Below the pieces are notes generated by a model. The model searched no databases. It was not told the origin of the DNA and saw nothing but the letters and a program-made list of their open reading frames with translations. The position numbers and the translations under genes are program-made. This document shows positions 40,106-50,172 of a stretch of DNA of 64,000 bases, in pieces; position 1 is the first letter of the stretch, and each line of letters starts with the position of its first letter. The DNA lies in IMG/VR virus record IMGVR_UViG_3300023313_000001, positions 165,508-229,507 of that record. One strand, written 5' to 3'.

Positions 40106-41179
40106 ATGCCGTTTATCATATTAGTAATAACTATGGCTTTATTTGTGGCAGGTGCAGCTGCATACTTTAGCATATATGGCTTGGCGTTAATTTTTTCTGG
40201 AGCAACCATTCCAGTAATTATTATGGCATCATCCTTAGAAATAGGAAAACTATGTGCTACATCTGTAGTGTACAACTATTGGGATAGACTAGGTATATTA
40301 ATGCGAACATACCTAGTGAGCGCAGTAGTTATACTAATGTTAATAACATCAGGAGGAATATACGGATTCCTGAGCGCAGCATATCAAACCGATCAAATAC
40401 CACTGGAGCAAATCAACGCTAAGGTAGCACTATTAACTAGTGAGTATGATCGGAAAACTGCCCGACTCAAACAAATGGACGACACTGTAGCTAGAATCGC
40501 TGCAAATTTCATCACCAAACGGCTGGAAGAAAAAGCTCAACAACAAGATGAACGAGTGACCCTTAATGCTCGCATAAATGAAATCGAACGCGAAAAACTG
40601 CAACTCACATCATCTAAGATTGAAACAGAAGCTCATATTGGTCCCATTATATACATGGCCAAAGCGTTTGGAAAGTCTACTGATGAAGCAACCCACTGGT
40701 TAATTTTATTGTTCATTTTTGTATTTGATCCGCTAGCAGTTGCGTTGACTATAGTAGCAAATATGCTACTTGCAATTCGTAATGAGAAAGATGTTGAAGA
40801 TGTTGAAGATGTTGAAGATGTTGAAGATGTTGAAGATGTTGAAGATGTTGAAGATGTTGAAGATGTTGAAGATGTTGAAGATGTTGAAGATGTTGAAGAT
40901 GTTGAAGATGTTGAAGATGTTGTGAATTTCACGTCTACTGAGCTACCAGTATACGACACTGATTTACCTACTGTCAAAATAATTGATCAACCTAGCCCCA
41001 CAACTACTGATGAACTTAACACTATAACAGATTCCATAAAAGAGTTGCAAGAATCTATACAACGTATTAACGATGCACAGCAACCGGTTACTCCAACCCC
41101 AGTAAACAACAATCCCACTGATAAACAACAACACCGCAGAGCACTCATAGGACAAATACGTAGTAATAGTCTCGACTGA
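40106..41179 (+). CDS. Membrane protein with coiled coil and (DVE)14 repeat
   Basis: Three N-terminal TM segments (AAYFSIYGL, LEIGKL, TSGGIYGFLS), IGPIIY, FVFDPLA TM. Confidence 0.7.
   Translation: MPFIILVITMALFVAGAAAYFSIYGLALIFSGATIPVIIMASSLEIGKLCATSVVYNYWDRLGILMRTYLVSAVVILMLITSGGIYGFLSAAYQTDQIPLEQINAKVALLTSEYDRKTARLKQMDDTVARIAANFITKRLEEKAQQQDERVTLNARINEIEREKLQLTSSKIETEAHIGPIIYMAKAFGKSTDEATHWLILLFIFVFDPLAVALTIVANMLLAIRNEKDVEDVEDVEDVEDVEDVEDVEDVEDVEDVEDVEDVEDVEDVEDVVNFTSTELPVYDTDLPTVKIIDQPSPTTTDELNTITDSIKELQESIQRINDAQQPVTPTPVNNNPTDKQQHRRALIGQIRSNSLD
40790..40921 (+). repeat. Perfect 9-bp tandem repeat (GATGTTGAA)14 plus partial unit
   Basis: Direct reading. Confidence 0.95.
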
Positions 41180-41244
41180 GTTGAATGGTACAAAATCAAG
41201 TAGTATGATATCCTCATAAAGTTTACATTATTAATGAGGATAAT

Positions 41245-42198
41245 ATGTTAGATAGTGCAATTGCTAAAATGTGGCCTGAAAAGTACAGACCTAAGACACT
41301 TGATGAATACATCTTTCAGAACCCCAGTCATCAACAATCTTTTAAACAGATTGTTGATAGCGGAACCACACCCCATTTATTGCTATCGGGCGTTCAAGGC
41401 ACTGGCAAAACAGCCATCGCGCAAATTATTATAGCTGCATGCATTCCCGATCAAGATGATAGAGATATCGATGTACTGAAGATCAATGCATCAGACGACA
41501 ATTCTGTAGATATTATCCGTGAAGAGGTACGCTCTCATGTGATGTCATACGCATCAGGATCGTTTAAGATTGTCTGGTTGGAAGAGGCTGACAGACTAAC
41601 ACCTAATGCACAAGACGCGTTACGTGATTACTTCGAAACATATGAACAACAATGCAGGTTTATTCTCACGTGCAATCATGTTCATCGTATAATCCCAGCG
41701 ATTAAATCACGTTGTCAGCAGTATACTTTTGCTGCATGTGATAAAGAAGATGCTACTGAACTCGTAGCTAAAATTTTACTAGCTGAGAAAGTAAAATTTA
41801 CATTAGATATACTCGACCGTCACATAGATTTGCACTACCCAGACCTACGGGCTACTATCAACAGTGTAGCACAATATAGTCATGATAGTAGATTACACTC
41901 ACCTGAGTCTCAAAACTCAATGGAAGATGCCAAAATGGGAGTGCTGGACAGTATTATCACGGATAACTGGATGGAACTGCAGCGAACGCTATGTGCAACC
42001 GTGGTAGACGATGAATGGGAAGAGATCTATGAATTTCTCTATCAAAACCTAGATAAAAGCCCCAAATGTAAACGCAATAACGACACATGGGGAGAAGGAA
42101 TGATTATCATTGCAGACCATCTGGTACACCACTACACTCATGGAAAACCGCACATTAATGCTGCGTCTATGTTCATTCAACTCCACTTATTAAAATAG
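41245..42198 (+). CDS. gp44: Clamp loader ATPase subunit (gp44/RFC-like)
   Basis: WPEKYRP, GVQGTGKT, INASD, LEEAD.LT..AQ.ALR, IKSRC. Confidence 0.92.
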   Translation: MLDSAIAKMWPEKYRPKTLDEYIFQNPSHQQSFKQIVDSGTTPHLLLSGVQGTGKTAIAQIIIAACIPDQDDRDIDVLKINASDDNSVDIIREEVRSHVMSYASGSFKIVWLEEADRLTPNAQDALRDYFETYEQQCRFILTCNHVHRIIPAIKSRCQQYTFAACDKEDATELVAKILLAEKVKFTLDILDRHIDLHYPDLRATINSVAQYSHDSRLHSPESQNSMEDAKMGVLDSIITDNWMELQRTLCATVVDDEWEEIYEFLYQNLDKSPKCKRNNDTWGEGMIIIADHLVHHYTHGKPHINAASMFIQLHLLK

Positions 42199-42209
42199 GT
42201 ATCATTAAC

Positions 42210-42551
42210 ATGGCTAAAAAACGTAAACCCGATAACGAAACATCAGTACAGCAACAAGAGCGATTGACTAAAGAATCCATTGCTAATTATGCCACCCGTA
42301 GTGAAAAAACGTCGTGGAATAGAAAACGACTCAATATGGAAAAAGTTATCAATACCGAAATTAGGCCGGTGGAGGAAAGGATTTTAGACCTCCATTTAGA
42401 ACTAAGACCACTGTACGATACTATAGCATCTATGCGTAGCGAAATGGTAGAATTTTGTGTTCATCCGTTTGATTTATTGGTGCATGTAGGGGATGATATA
42501 CACTGTAAGTTTTGTCAAAAAACAATGGCACCACGTCCGGCTGACGAGTAG
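42210..42551 (+). CDS. Hypothetical protein (CxH..CxxC)
   Basis: ORF in replication operon. Confidence 0.55.
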   Translation: MAKKRKPDNETSVQQQERLTKESIANYATRSEKTSWNRKRLNMEKVINTEIRPVEERILDLHLELRPLYDTIASMRSEMVEFCVHPFDLLVHVGDDIHCKFCQKTMAPRPADE

Positions 42552-42555
42552 TAAC

Positions 42556-43011
42556 ATGAAGTTGAATTTATTTGAGTTATTACAAAATTTAGATGAAGGT
42601 AACCTTACCTACTATAGGGAATTAACTCCAGAGTTACGGAAGCAATTTTCTCCGTTTATGGCAATGCAATGGTTATCCTGTACTAAGAACAACACTCAAC
42701 TAATTTTACTTAACGAACTTGTCAACAGACACATATTTACACTGCATAAACATCCAGAGTTATTGTATTATCTACTGACTATATGCACTAGTGGGACTAA
42801 GCAGTTTTACAAATGGAAAAAACCACCATCTACAGCCACAAAGTTTCCTATATCAGTTGCTGTAATTAAAGAAGCCCTAGAATATAGTACGTCCACTGCA
42901 ATTGCATCTCTGGCAGTATTGTCTGTAGATGATATTTTAGAAATAGCTCATGATCTAGGTTACCAGAAAGATATGGTATCCAAACTGAAAACAGAGTTAA
43001 AAAATAAATGA
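42556..43011 (+). CDS. Probable clamp loader small subunit (gp62-like)
   Basis: FSPFMAMQWLS..LNE.VN..H..L.Y; near gp44. Confidence 0.55.
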   Translation: MKLNLFELLQNLDEGNLTYYRELTPELRKQFSPFMAMQWLSCTKNNTQLILLNELVNRHIFTLHKHPELLYYLLTICTSGTKQFYKWKKPPSTATKFPISVAVIKEALEYSTSTAIASLAVLSVDDILEIAHDLGYQKDMVSKLKTELKNK

Positions 43012-43697
43012 CGAATATTCCAGAAGGGTTTACTTGTGCTTATTGTGGACACGTTATCAAGCGAGAAGTAAATTTCTTAAAACACGAATGTAAAGAGATG
43101 GTTCGACACGCCCAAGTACGTAGCGTGGTAGGAAAGCGAGCATATGGGTTATACAGTTACTGGCTATCCAGAAAGAAACAAGGAAACCACAATCTGGCCA
43201 CATTTAGTAAATCTAAATTCTTTTCATCTTTTTACAAATTTGCCAAGTGGTCCACCAAGGTAAACATTCCAGACAAACAACTATACATAAGGTTTAATAT
43301 CCTCAAAAACTATCCACCCAATATGTGGACAGATAACATGGTGTACGTGCAATTTATAGAGTGGATAGATATGAAATGGACAGCAGCAGACCACTTTCGT
43401 TACACATACAATACACTAAAGCAAATATCAAATGCTGCTGAATGTGACATTACAGACGCCTTAAATCAACTGCACCCAAACCAAATACTAGTATATGTTA
43501 CTGCTAGAAAATTATCACCATGGGTGTTGTTGTGGATGAAATCATTTAAGACTTTATTTGCAAATTTATCAACTGAACAACGTCTCAGATTTCAACAAGC
43601 TATCAGACCAATGCATTGGACCAAAATAATACAAGATCCGGCACTAGCTGAGGATAACTACCTAATAAAAGAAGCAGTACGGAGAGCAAAAATATGA
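43008..43697 (+). CDS. Hypothetical protein with N-terminal Zn finger
   Basis: FTCAYCG..FLKHEC; LSPWVLL. Confidence 0.55.
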   Translation: MTNIPEGFTCAYCGHVIKREVNFLKHECKEMVRHAQVRSVVGKRAYGLYSYWLSRKKQGNHNLATFSKSKFFSSFYKFAKWSTKVNIPDKQLYIRFNILKNYPPNMWTDNMVYVQFIEWIDMKWTAADHFRYTYNTLKQISNAAECDITDALNQLHPNQILVYVTARKLSPWVLLWMKSFKTLFANLSTEQRLRFQQAIRPMHWTKIIQDPALAEDNYLIKEAVRRAKI

Positions 43698-44326
43698 CAG
43701 TAACAAAATTGGCTTCATGGCAAATAGACCCAACAGATTCTTCTACAACGATATCTCCATTTCACTTCAACATATTAGCTGAAGTGAGTCGAGCGATTAT
43801 CCAGGCCACCGAATGGGTTGAAGAGTCGTCTGATATTGATTTAGAGTATTGGAAGCGATACCGTACCAAGGTAAGCACTGCGGTTGAAAATAACTGGACC
43901 AGTTGGAATGATTGTCCAGACGACGAATTTGGTAAATTGTGGATATGCAAATACCACGCATTAAATCAACTATACACAGAGATCAATACCTTATACATTA
44001 AATATGGTATTGAACCATATCAAGCAGAGATCTACCGTGAAAAGTTTGACCAAGCAATAGACTGGACTACATCATCAGATCCAGATACTGCAGCATATCC
44101 GTTATTGAAAGCTGAAAGTGAGGTATTCAATACGAGTATGGATGATGTAGCATCCAATATTCTTAAAAAGCGAGCTTTCTGGATAAACATGATGGCTAAC
44201 ATTGAACGAGTACGATTATTCACTAAGAGCATGATTCTGCATACATTATCCACCCCCACAACAGTAGATGATCTACTAAAAACTTCAATTAAGTCATTGC
44301 AAGAGTTGGATACGTCGTGGACATAG
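43694..44326 (+). CDS. Hypothetical protein (C-half resembles tail-fibre-assembly-type domain)
   Basis: Y..K..QA..W....YPLL.AE......A..IL.K...W......IE..RL pattern. Confidence 0.4.
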   Translation: MTVTKLASWQIDPTDSSTTISPFHFNILAEVSRAIIQATEWVEESSDIDLEYWKRYRTKVSTAVENNWTSWNDCPDDEFGKLWICKYHALNQLYTEINTLYIKYGIEPYQAEIYREKFDQAIDWTTSSDPDTAAYPLLKAESEVFNTSMDDVASNILKKRAFWINMMANIERVRLFTKSMILHTLSTPTTVDDLLKTSIKSLQELDTSWT

Positions 44327-44886
44327 ACATCGACCTACAGACAACGTTTGATCCAACAGATTATTTCAAGGTAGTCCGAGCGTCAATTATCACAGGAGAT
44401 AAAATTAAACCTCACCCATGTGGAGTGTATTTTCAGCGAATGCCTCAGGATCCTGTCACTCAGCTTGCAGCAATTCCACATAAAGAGGCTGAACACTATG
44501 GATTTATGAAGATTGATTTTCTACACCTACAGGTGTTAGATTATTTTGAAAACAAGCGAGAAATTCGAGCACTACTGCATAAAAAACCTAATTGGGGATT
44601 ACTCCTCAGATCAGATGTAGTATCTAAGCTGTTCCAACTACATAACAATGGGGATATTCTTCGTAGAATTCAACCTAAAAGCATACTAGAATTAGCAGAC
44701 TGCATATCAATCATTCGTCCTGGAAAAATAGATTTACTGGACGACTATATAAACGATCCTCATCGTGTTCGTACTGAATTGTACCATATAAAAAAAGGAT
44801 CGTACTCCTACAAAAAAGGGCACGCTATTTCTTATGCCATGATTGTTGTCCTCCAATTACATCTAATCGAAGCTGGTATACTATAA
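44317..44886 (+). CDS. dnaE: Miniature DNA polymerase III alpha, C fragment (catalytic aspartates, short fingers)
   Basis: DIDID, HPCGVYF, KIDFL, LFQL, IRPG, YSYKKGHAISYA correspond to DnaE DFDVD, HAGG, KFDFL, VFQL, RPG, FNKSHSAAYA. Confidence 0.88.
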   Translation: MDIDIDLQTTFDPTDYFKVVRASIITGDKIKPHPCGVYFQRMPQDPVTQLAAIPHKEAEHYGFMKIDFLHLQVLDYFENKREIRALLHKKPNWGLLLRSDVVSKLFQLHNNGDILRRIQPKSILELADCISIIRPGKIDLLDDYINDPHRVRTELYHIKKGSYSYKKGHAISYAMIVVLQLHLIEAGIL

Positions 44887-44914
44887 ATACATCATAATAA
44901 TTTGGATCTCTTTC

Positions 44915-45274
44915 ATGAAACTAATATATCAATTACAAGAAGCAATACAACCTACAGCATACCGTCCATCTCAATATGAGCGAACTGTACTAGCAAAAAT
45001 CATTGTATCCACTACCCCACAGCTTGCATATGATCAAATTGCTAGAGGGATTAAATTAAATGCTGCCAAAGAAAAATTAGTTCAATTAGGATTTATCGAA
45101 ATAATCGATGGAGAGGCTTCCTTAACACTAGCTGGTGAAGAGTTGGCTAAAGCCCAAGCGTTATTAGACGACACTGGTGAACCTGGGACTGATGCAACAT
45201 CTGCTGCTGATGACACTGAACGATTACCAACATCTACAGACGATGGTCAATCTAGTGGATTAGATGATTTTTAA
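44915..45274 (+). CDS. Hypothetical late protein
   Basis: TATAAATA at 44883; acidic tail. Confidence 0.5.
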   Translation: MKLIYQLQEAIQPTAYRPSQYERTVLAKIIVSTTPQLAYDQIARGIKLNAAKEKLVQLGFIEIIDGEASLTLAGEELAKAQALLDDTGEPGTDATSAADDTERLPTSTDDGQSSGLDDF

Positions 45275-45717
45275 TTAGTTTTATTGACAATAGGAATGTT
45301 TGTAGGAAGATCTTTTCGCTTTCTACGACGTATATTGCGGCTAGCAGCCATTTGGAATGTAGGTAATGGTCCAATCACTCTGGTCACGAAATCGGTATTG
45401 AACGTCTTATATATTCTCGCGACAGCCTCAGTCATATTCAGTATAGAAAACTCAAATGATAATGGATATCGATCTCGTCTATTGTAATACCAATCTGCAA
45501 TGACTACAATAATACTTTCCTCATCCACTCGCTCTGGACCACACAAATCCAAAACATATGCACTAACAGCAGTATCATCTGAATTATCTATTACTGTTAA
45601 TAAATGCTGTTTATTATACTGCAACAAAGTTATGAATGGGTATCCAGTATAATCTGATGGATGGGACTCTATAATCAAGGGGGCCTGATGACTAATTTTT
45701 CTTCGCTTTGTTGCCAC
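45271..45717 (-). CDS. Hypothetical protein
   Basis: GTG start after GGAG; YPFITL..IDN..YVLD; late promoter near 45750. Confidence 0.55.
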   Translation of the reverse strand: MATKRRKISHQAPLIIESHPSDYTGYPFITLLQYNKQHLLTVIDNSDDTAVSAYVLDLCGPERVDEESIIVVIADWYYNRRDRYPLSFEFSILNMTEAVARIYKTFNTDFVTRVIGPLPTFQMAASRNIRRRKRKDLPTNIPIVNKTN

Positions 45718-45831
45718 AACAATCTCCAACATATTAATAAATATAAGCGTATTTATGTTGGTGTATTCCACACAACCTATAAATACCATCACATAGCAAC
45801 TGACTAAATACAAATATTGACGAGGAATCAT

Positions 45832-46722
45832 ATGAGTAGTATATTATCACAACTAATTACTGAATTAGCCGGCGGAGCCCCAGGTTCAGTTGCATCCAGT
45901 CCATCCAGCTTGATGACTCTTGCCAAAAAAGAGAAATCTGTTAAAAACAAAAAAGCAATGCCTATAAAACTAATTAGATATGATGACGATCAGCCAGACC
46001 TTACAGATGAACAACCAAAGTATGGAACTACCGACGAACTAGACCCAGATTATGATGATTTAGATGATGATTCTAGTACAGATGATTTAGATGATGATTT
46101 AGATGATGATTTAGATGATGATTTAGATGATGTATCTAGTACAGATGATATGTTAGCTCCTGAAGATTCTGATGATCCTGTTACGAATGATAATACTCAA
46201 CTGTTCCAACAGTTCAAACAATGGCTACAACAAAACACTGATTTGCTATCCACTCAACAACCAGATGATGTAGCTATGACACCATCTGCCAATATTGGAA
46301 TGGGGATATACTCAACTGTTACTCCTACTGAAACAGAGGATGAAGAAGAGGGTGATATTGAGGAAATTGACCAAACTATAGATCCTGATATGACTGATAT
46401 TGATCCCAATGAATCTAACGAATCTGAAGGTATGGAAGCCAATATGGAAGAACAGGATCCAAATAGAGAAGGTACTATTCGAACAGTGGAAGGTTCTCAC
46501 CTAGTATACAAACGCAAACAACCCGATGGGTTTTATGAAGAGTTGTGGTTTTATAATATTGGGAAAAATGCAGCTAGAGACGAATTAGAAATTAAACGGG
46601 ACATATTATCAGCTACAGATATTAAACCAAACCAAACAACATCAGATGATGGTGCTCAAACGTACGAGATATGGTCTGTAGGGAACGGACAAATGATTAG
46701 AATTACTGGTATTCCTAATTAA
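45832..46722 (+). CDS. Acidic protein with DDLD repeats (possible internal head protein)
   Basis: Very Asp/Glu-rich; folded C-domain GTIRTVEGSHLVYKR..YEELW. Confidence 0.55.
   Translation: MSSILSQLITELAGGAPGSVASSPSSLMTLAKKEKSVKNKKAMPIKLIRYDDDQPDLTDEQPKYGTTDELDPDYDDLDDDSSTDDLDDDLDDDLDDDLDDVSSTDDMLAPEDSDDPVTNDNTQLFQQFKQWLQQNTDLLSTQQPDDVAMTPSANIGMGIYSTVTPTETEDEEEGDIEEIDQTIDPDMTDIDPNESNESEGMEANMEEQDPNREGTIRTVEGSHLVYKRKQPDGFYEELWFYNIGKNAARDELEIKRDILSATDIKPNQTTSDDGAQTYEIWSVGNGQMIRITGIPN
46081..46128 (+). repeat. 12-bp tandem repeat (GATGATTTAGAT)4
   Basis: Direct reading; flanked by tctagtacagatgat direct repeats. Confidence 0.85.
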
Positions 46723-46780
46723 CTGCTGTTGTATGTGAGTCGATCCTATGGTATGATACAAAAAAATAGAGACCACTAAA

Positions 46781-47074
46781 ATGATTTACGATAAAAACGA
46801 TAATGACGTCAATCTGACTGCAGCCAAGACTCCAATCGATGTCAACAGCGAGCTTACTCCTGTATCGCACCAACCGGTTGGTGCGATACAATCGCACTTA
46901 TGGGAAAGCCCAGATGTATCCACAGAATTCCTCAACAACCAACTTATCACAATGCAAGATAGACTAAACGCAGCTCAATCACTACGAAACTCCAGCATGA
47001 TATCATTTCTAGTTCAAGGAATACAACAACTTAATTCAATACTGAACAATAGATTCAATAAGGATTGTCAATAA
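46781..47074 (+). CDS. Hypothetical protein
   Basis: ORF. Confidence 0.5.
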   Translation: MIYDKNDNDVNLTAAKTPIDVNSELTPVSHQPVGAIQSHLWESPDVSTEFLNNQLITMQDRLNAAQSLRNSSMISFLVQGIQQLNSILNNRFNKDCQ

Positions 47075-47553
47075 TGCATTTTAGTGTCCCAATCGAGTTG
47101 CCCCCTAAAAAAATATCATATGACTGGGCGGATGTGTACTTTTTAGCTGAATTAGAACAAAGTACATATCAAGATGCCAAGATTATCACCCTCAAACAAT
47201 CGTTCAGAAACCAAATCTACCAACAAGCTCTCGATGTGGTACTATCCAAATACCCACATTGGGGATATACAACAAATAAGCGTGCAGAAAACTTTCTACG
47301 CAAAACTGAACGCGACTTATTAAAAGATTGTGAGGGATCTGTTCAAGAGCATATTGAGATTCTAGATAATGGTACAATATCTATTGTTGTGGACGTTGAT
47401 GATGCTAATAGTGATGCAGCCATAGATCGAGCATTAGAAATGTACTCAATGTACCGTGGTAACGGTGCCAGAGAGAATTTTGGTAGGCCAGTTACGTACG
47501 ACAAATCCCAATTTAATTTTGCAGAGTTTGTGGAAGATGAGTATCTATGTTAA
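47074..47553 (+). CDS. Hypothetical protein
   Basis: ORF coupled to neighbours. Confidence 0.5.
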   Translation: MHFSVPIELPPKKISYDWADVYFLAELEQSTYQDAKIITLKQSFRNQIYQQALDVVLSKYPHWGYTTNKRAENFLRKTERDLLKDCEGSVQEHIEILDNGTISIVVDVDDANSDAAIDRALEMYSMYRGNGARENFGRPVTYDKSQFNFAEFVEDEYLC

Positions 47554-48134
47554 TTGCTATCAGTGGATCTCAAGGGACTGGTAAATCCACGTTAATCTCT
47601 GCCTTGCAACAGCAATACAATTGTAATGTAGTTGAACGAAAAACTGCTAGATCAATACTATCCGATTGGAACACATCCCTAGATGAGGTTTACCAAACCC
47701 CTTCAACAATATGCAAATTTCAAGACGAATTATTGTGCAGGAAGTTTGCAGATGAGGCAGATGCACGAGCCAGTAATAATATATGGATCACTGAAAGATC
47801 ATTCGTAGACTTACTTGCATACTCCACAGCTAATATTGGGCGGTTAAATAAGTATAGTGACTGGCTAGAACGATATTATCAACAATGTACTACTAATCAA
47901 CAATACTATGACTATGTAGTTTACTTAAAAGGAGGGTCGTTTACTATTAAATCAGATGGTGTTCGACCTCATAACACTCAATACGGAGCCATGATAGATT
48001 TGTTCATGGAACACTACAATAAATCCACACTAGGGTCTCGATTGTCAATCATATCAGATACCGTGTTACAACACCGTGTTGATTACCTAGCTCCATACAT
48101 ACTAAAAAGGACTCACCATAATGTCTGCCCCTAA
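47547..48134 (+). CDS. P-loop nucleoside/nucleotide kinase (AAA_28/NadR-like)
   Basis: IAISGSQGTGKST, E..AR, ITERSFVD..AY, DGVR. Confidence 0.75.
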   Translation: MLIAISGSQGTGKSTLISALQQQYNCNVVERKTARSILSDWNTSLDEVYQTPSTICKFQDELLCRKFADEADARASNNIWITERSFVDLLAYSTANIGRLNKYSDWLERYYQQCTTNQQYYDYVVYLKGGSFTIKSDGVRPHNTQYGAMIDLFMEHYNKSTLGSRLSIISDTVLQHRVDYLAPYILKRTHHNVCP

Positions 48135-48450
48135 AACTATAATCATCGCAGTGATCAACAAGGACAATGTTCGTGTGTTTCAAAATACGATGGAACATCA
48201 GTCTATTAGCGCATACTTCATGACGCCAAACTTTGCTGAGTTTGCAGCAAATGCTGAAGTAGATTCTGATATGCTTTCATCAATATCCAATGGACTGACT
48301 GTGTTCATTCGACAGGAGTCTGAAATTAACAACACACTAAAATGGGCTAGAAATGCTGACGCTGTATGTGTCAGTGCTAGTGTAGCTCCAATCAAAGATA
48401 GTGACGATGTTCAAGTACTATTTCTTATTGAGATTGTCTCCAATGAATAA
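48121..48450 (+). CDS. Hypothetical protein
   Basis: ORF. Confidence 0.5.
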   Translation: MSAPKTIIIAVINKDNVRVFQNTMEHQSISAYFMTPNFAEFAANAEVDSDMLSSISNGLTVFIRQESEINNTLKWARNADAVCVSASVAPIKDSDDVQVLFLIEIVSNE

Positions 48451-49120
48451 ATTTACCACCCCTCTCAAATATGATCAAGGATCACTACCTACGGTGTCTA
48501 AAGACACCATGCATTATCACTATGAAAAACACTATCTTGGGTATTGTAAAAATCTTGCCAAAATAATTAAAAACACTAAGTATGATGATATGGAGTTGGA
48601 TAGCATAGTGGATATGTCTGCCCCATTAAATACCACACCAAACTCATCCAACCCAATATACAACAACGCCGCTCAAATTAAAAACCACGATTTCTTCTTC
48701 GAACAATTGACTCCAACATACTCAGATCTTGAAGATGGGGAACTTAAAAATTTAATAGTATCAGAATATGGATCAGTAGACAAATTGCTTAACCACTACA
48801 AAACCAAACTAACCAGTTTTTTTGGGGTAGGATGGGTGTGGCTCACACTAGAACAACATAAACAATGGGATTCTCCATCGATTAAAGTCGTAGCTACTCG
48901 TGATGGGAATACATTTATTAATCATAAATCTACTGAACACTTCGTTGGACCAATATGTGTGCTGGACGTATGGGAGCATTCATATTATATAGACCACAAG
49001 AACGACAGATCAGCCTATTTCGACAGTATAATCCAGTGCATTGATTGGGAAATCATATCTCAGAGGTTTTCTACCCACAGTTCTACTCTATTTGACTACA
49101 CCAAGCCGTTCGAACTGTAG
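48443..49120 (+). CDS. sodB: Fe/Mn superoxide dismutase (Fe-type AAQ signature)
   Basis: HYEKH..Y, NNAAQ..NH.FF, FG.GW.WL, DVWEHSYY. Confidence 0.9.
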   Translation: MNKFTTPLKYDQGSLPTVSKDTMHYHYEKHYLGYCKNLAKIIKNTKYDDMELDSIVDMSAPLNTTPNSSNPIYNNAAQIKNHDFFFEQLTPTYSDLEDGELKNLIVSEYGSVDKLLNHYKTKLTSFFGVGWVWLTLEQHKQWDSPSIKVVATRDGNTFINHKSTEHFVGPICVLDVWEHSYYIDHKNDRSAYFDSIIQCIDWEIISQRFSTHSSTLFDYTKPFEL

Positions 49121-49189
49121 TACAAACGTTGATATCTATGGGTAACAGAGGTATTGTTGTTGTACATTCATTACGCGAGTACAATAATA

Positions 49190-49720
49190 ATGCATGATCC
49201 TATAAAAACACTAGATAACGTCTACGGATTAACGTTAGATAGTAAAACCAAGGCCGTCCTCAGTATCAAGTACGATCATCCATTTACTACGTGGACGCAA
49301 TCTCAGTTTGAGGATGCTATAAATACAGTTCTAGGTGAGTCTCATTCACATACATTTATATCATTACATGATGCCAAATACACTTTAATGTACTTTGTTC
49401 AGAACTTGATATCATACGAACATCAAGGGTTGGTAACTGATCCGGCCGAAGTACTTCAATACTCCCGAATACAATCTACCACATTTCAACACACTAATGC
49501 CATTGCACTATCATTGGAAGATGGGTACGAAAATGATACCATTACTCATCGCACTGGAACCAAATCCGAACAGGCATATCAGATTTACTGTGAGAATATC
49601 GACAAGGAAGATGCTCGATCCGTTATAACGAAGTTATTCCAATCTGAATTAGATATGTCTACAGGTGGTAGTACTACTTATTTTCATAACTGCAAACGAC
49701 GGTATACATCCAACCTATAA
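49190..49720 (+). CDS. Hypothetical protein
   Basis: C-terminal ELDMSTGGSTTYFHN HTH-like segment. Confidence 0.5.
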   Translation: MHDPIKTLDNVYGLTLDSKTKAVLSIKYDHPFTTWTQSQFEDAINTVLGESHSHTFISLHDAKYTLMYFVQNLISYEHQGLVTDPAEVLQYSRIQSTTFQHTNAIALSLEDGYENDTITHRTGTKSEQAYQIYCENIDKEDARSVITKLFQSELDMSTGGSTTYFHNCKRRYTSNL

Positions 49721-49791
49721 AGTTCCCACAAAACCTTTGACTCTGATTATAGTATCTGTTATCATACTGAAATTATAATAGGAGTTTTCGT

Positions 49792-50172
49792 ATGGCAAGA
49801 ACAACAGAAGTATTCTGCACATTATCATTTGATGCAATCCATAATTGGGCAGACTGTCCGATTGAAGAGGTCACATTTTTACGACATCCTCACCGACATA
49901 TGTTTCATGTGAAAGCATGGACAAAAGTGCTACATGACGACAGAGATGTTGAATTTATCAATCTTAAACATGATATTTTGGAATATATTGATCATCGATT
50001 CACCAATGCATATCTAGATTTACCAACTACAGCACGAGTATACGACCTAAAATCCATGTCATGTGAAATGATTGCTGAAGTTCTTATGGATCAATTTTCA
50101 TTGTCTCGGTGCGAAGTTAGTGAGGATAATGAAAACGGTGCTATTGTCACTGAGGATACTATCAATGTGTAG
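49792..50172 (+). CDS. dpdL: QueD-like T-fold protein with LxxxHRHxF motif (DpdL-type, putative CDG decarboxylase)
   Basis: FDAIH, LRHPHRHMF (QueD CxxxHGH Cys replaced), DRDVEFI, SCEMIA, VSEDNENGA. Confidence 0.7.
   Translation: MARTTEVFCTLSFDAIHNWADCPIEEVTFLRHPHRHMFHVKAWTKVLHDDRDVEFINLKHDILEYIDHRFTNAYLDLPTTARVYDLKSMSCEMIAEVLMDQFSLSRCEVSEDNENGAIVTEDTINV

Noticed and set aside
40633-40977. Minus-strand (TSS)n ORF and similar short antisense ORFs
   Set aside because: Reverse-frame shadows of real genes and repeats.
38924-44886. dnaE fragments as a split-intein DnaE or a pseudogene
   Set aside because: Neither piece has intein blocks; both ORFs are intact, with catalytic residues kept and clean domain-level deletions.
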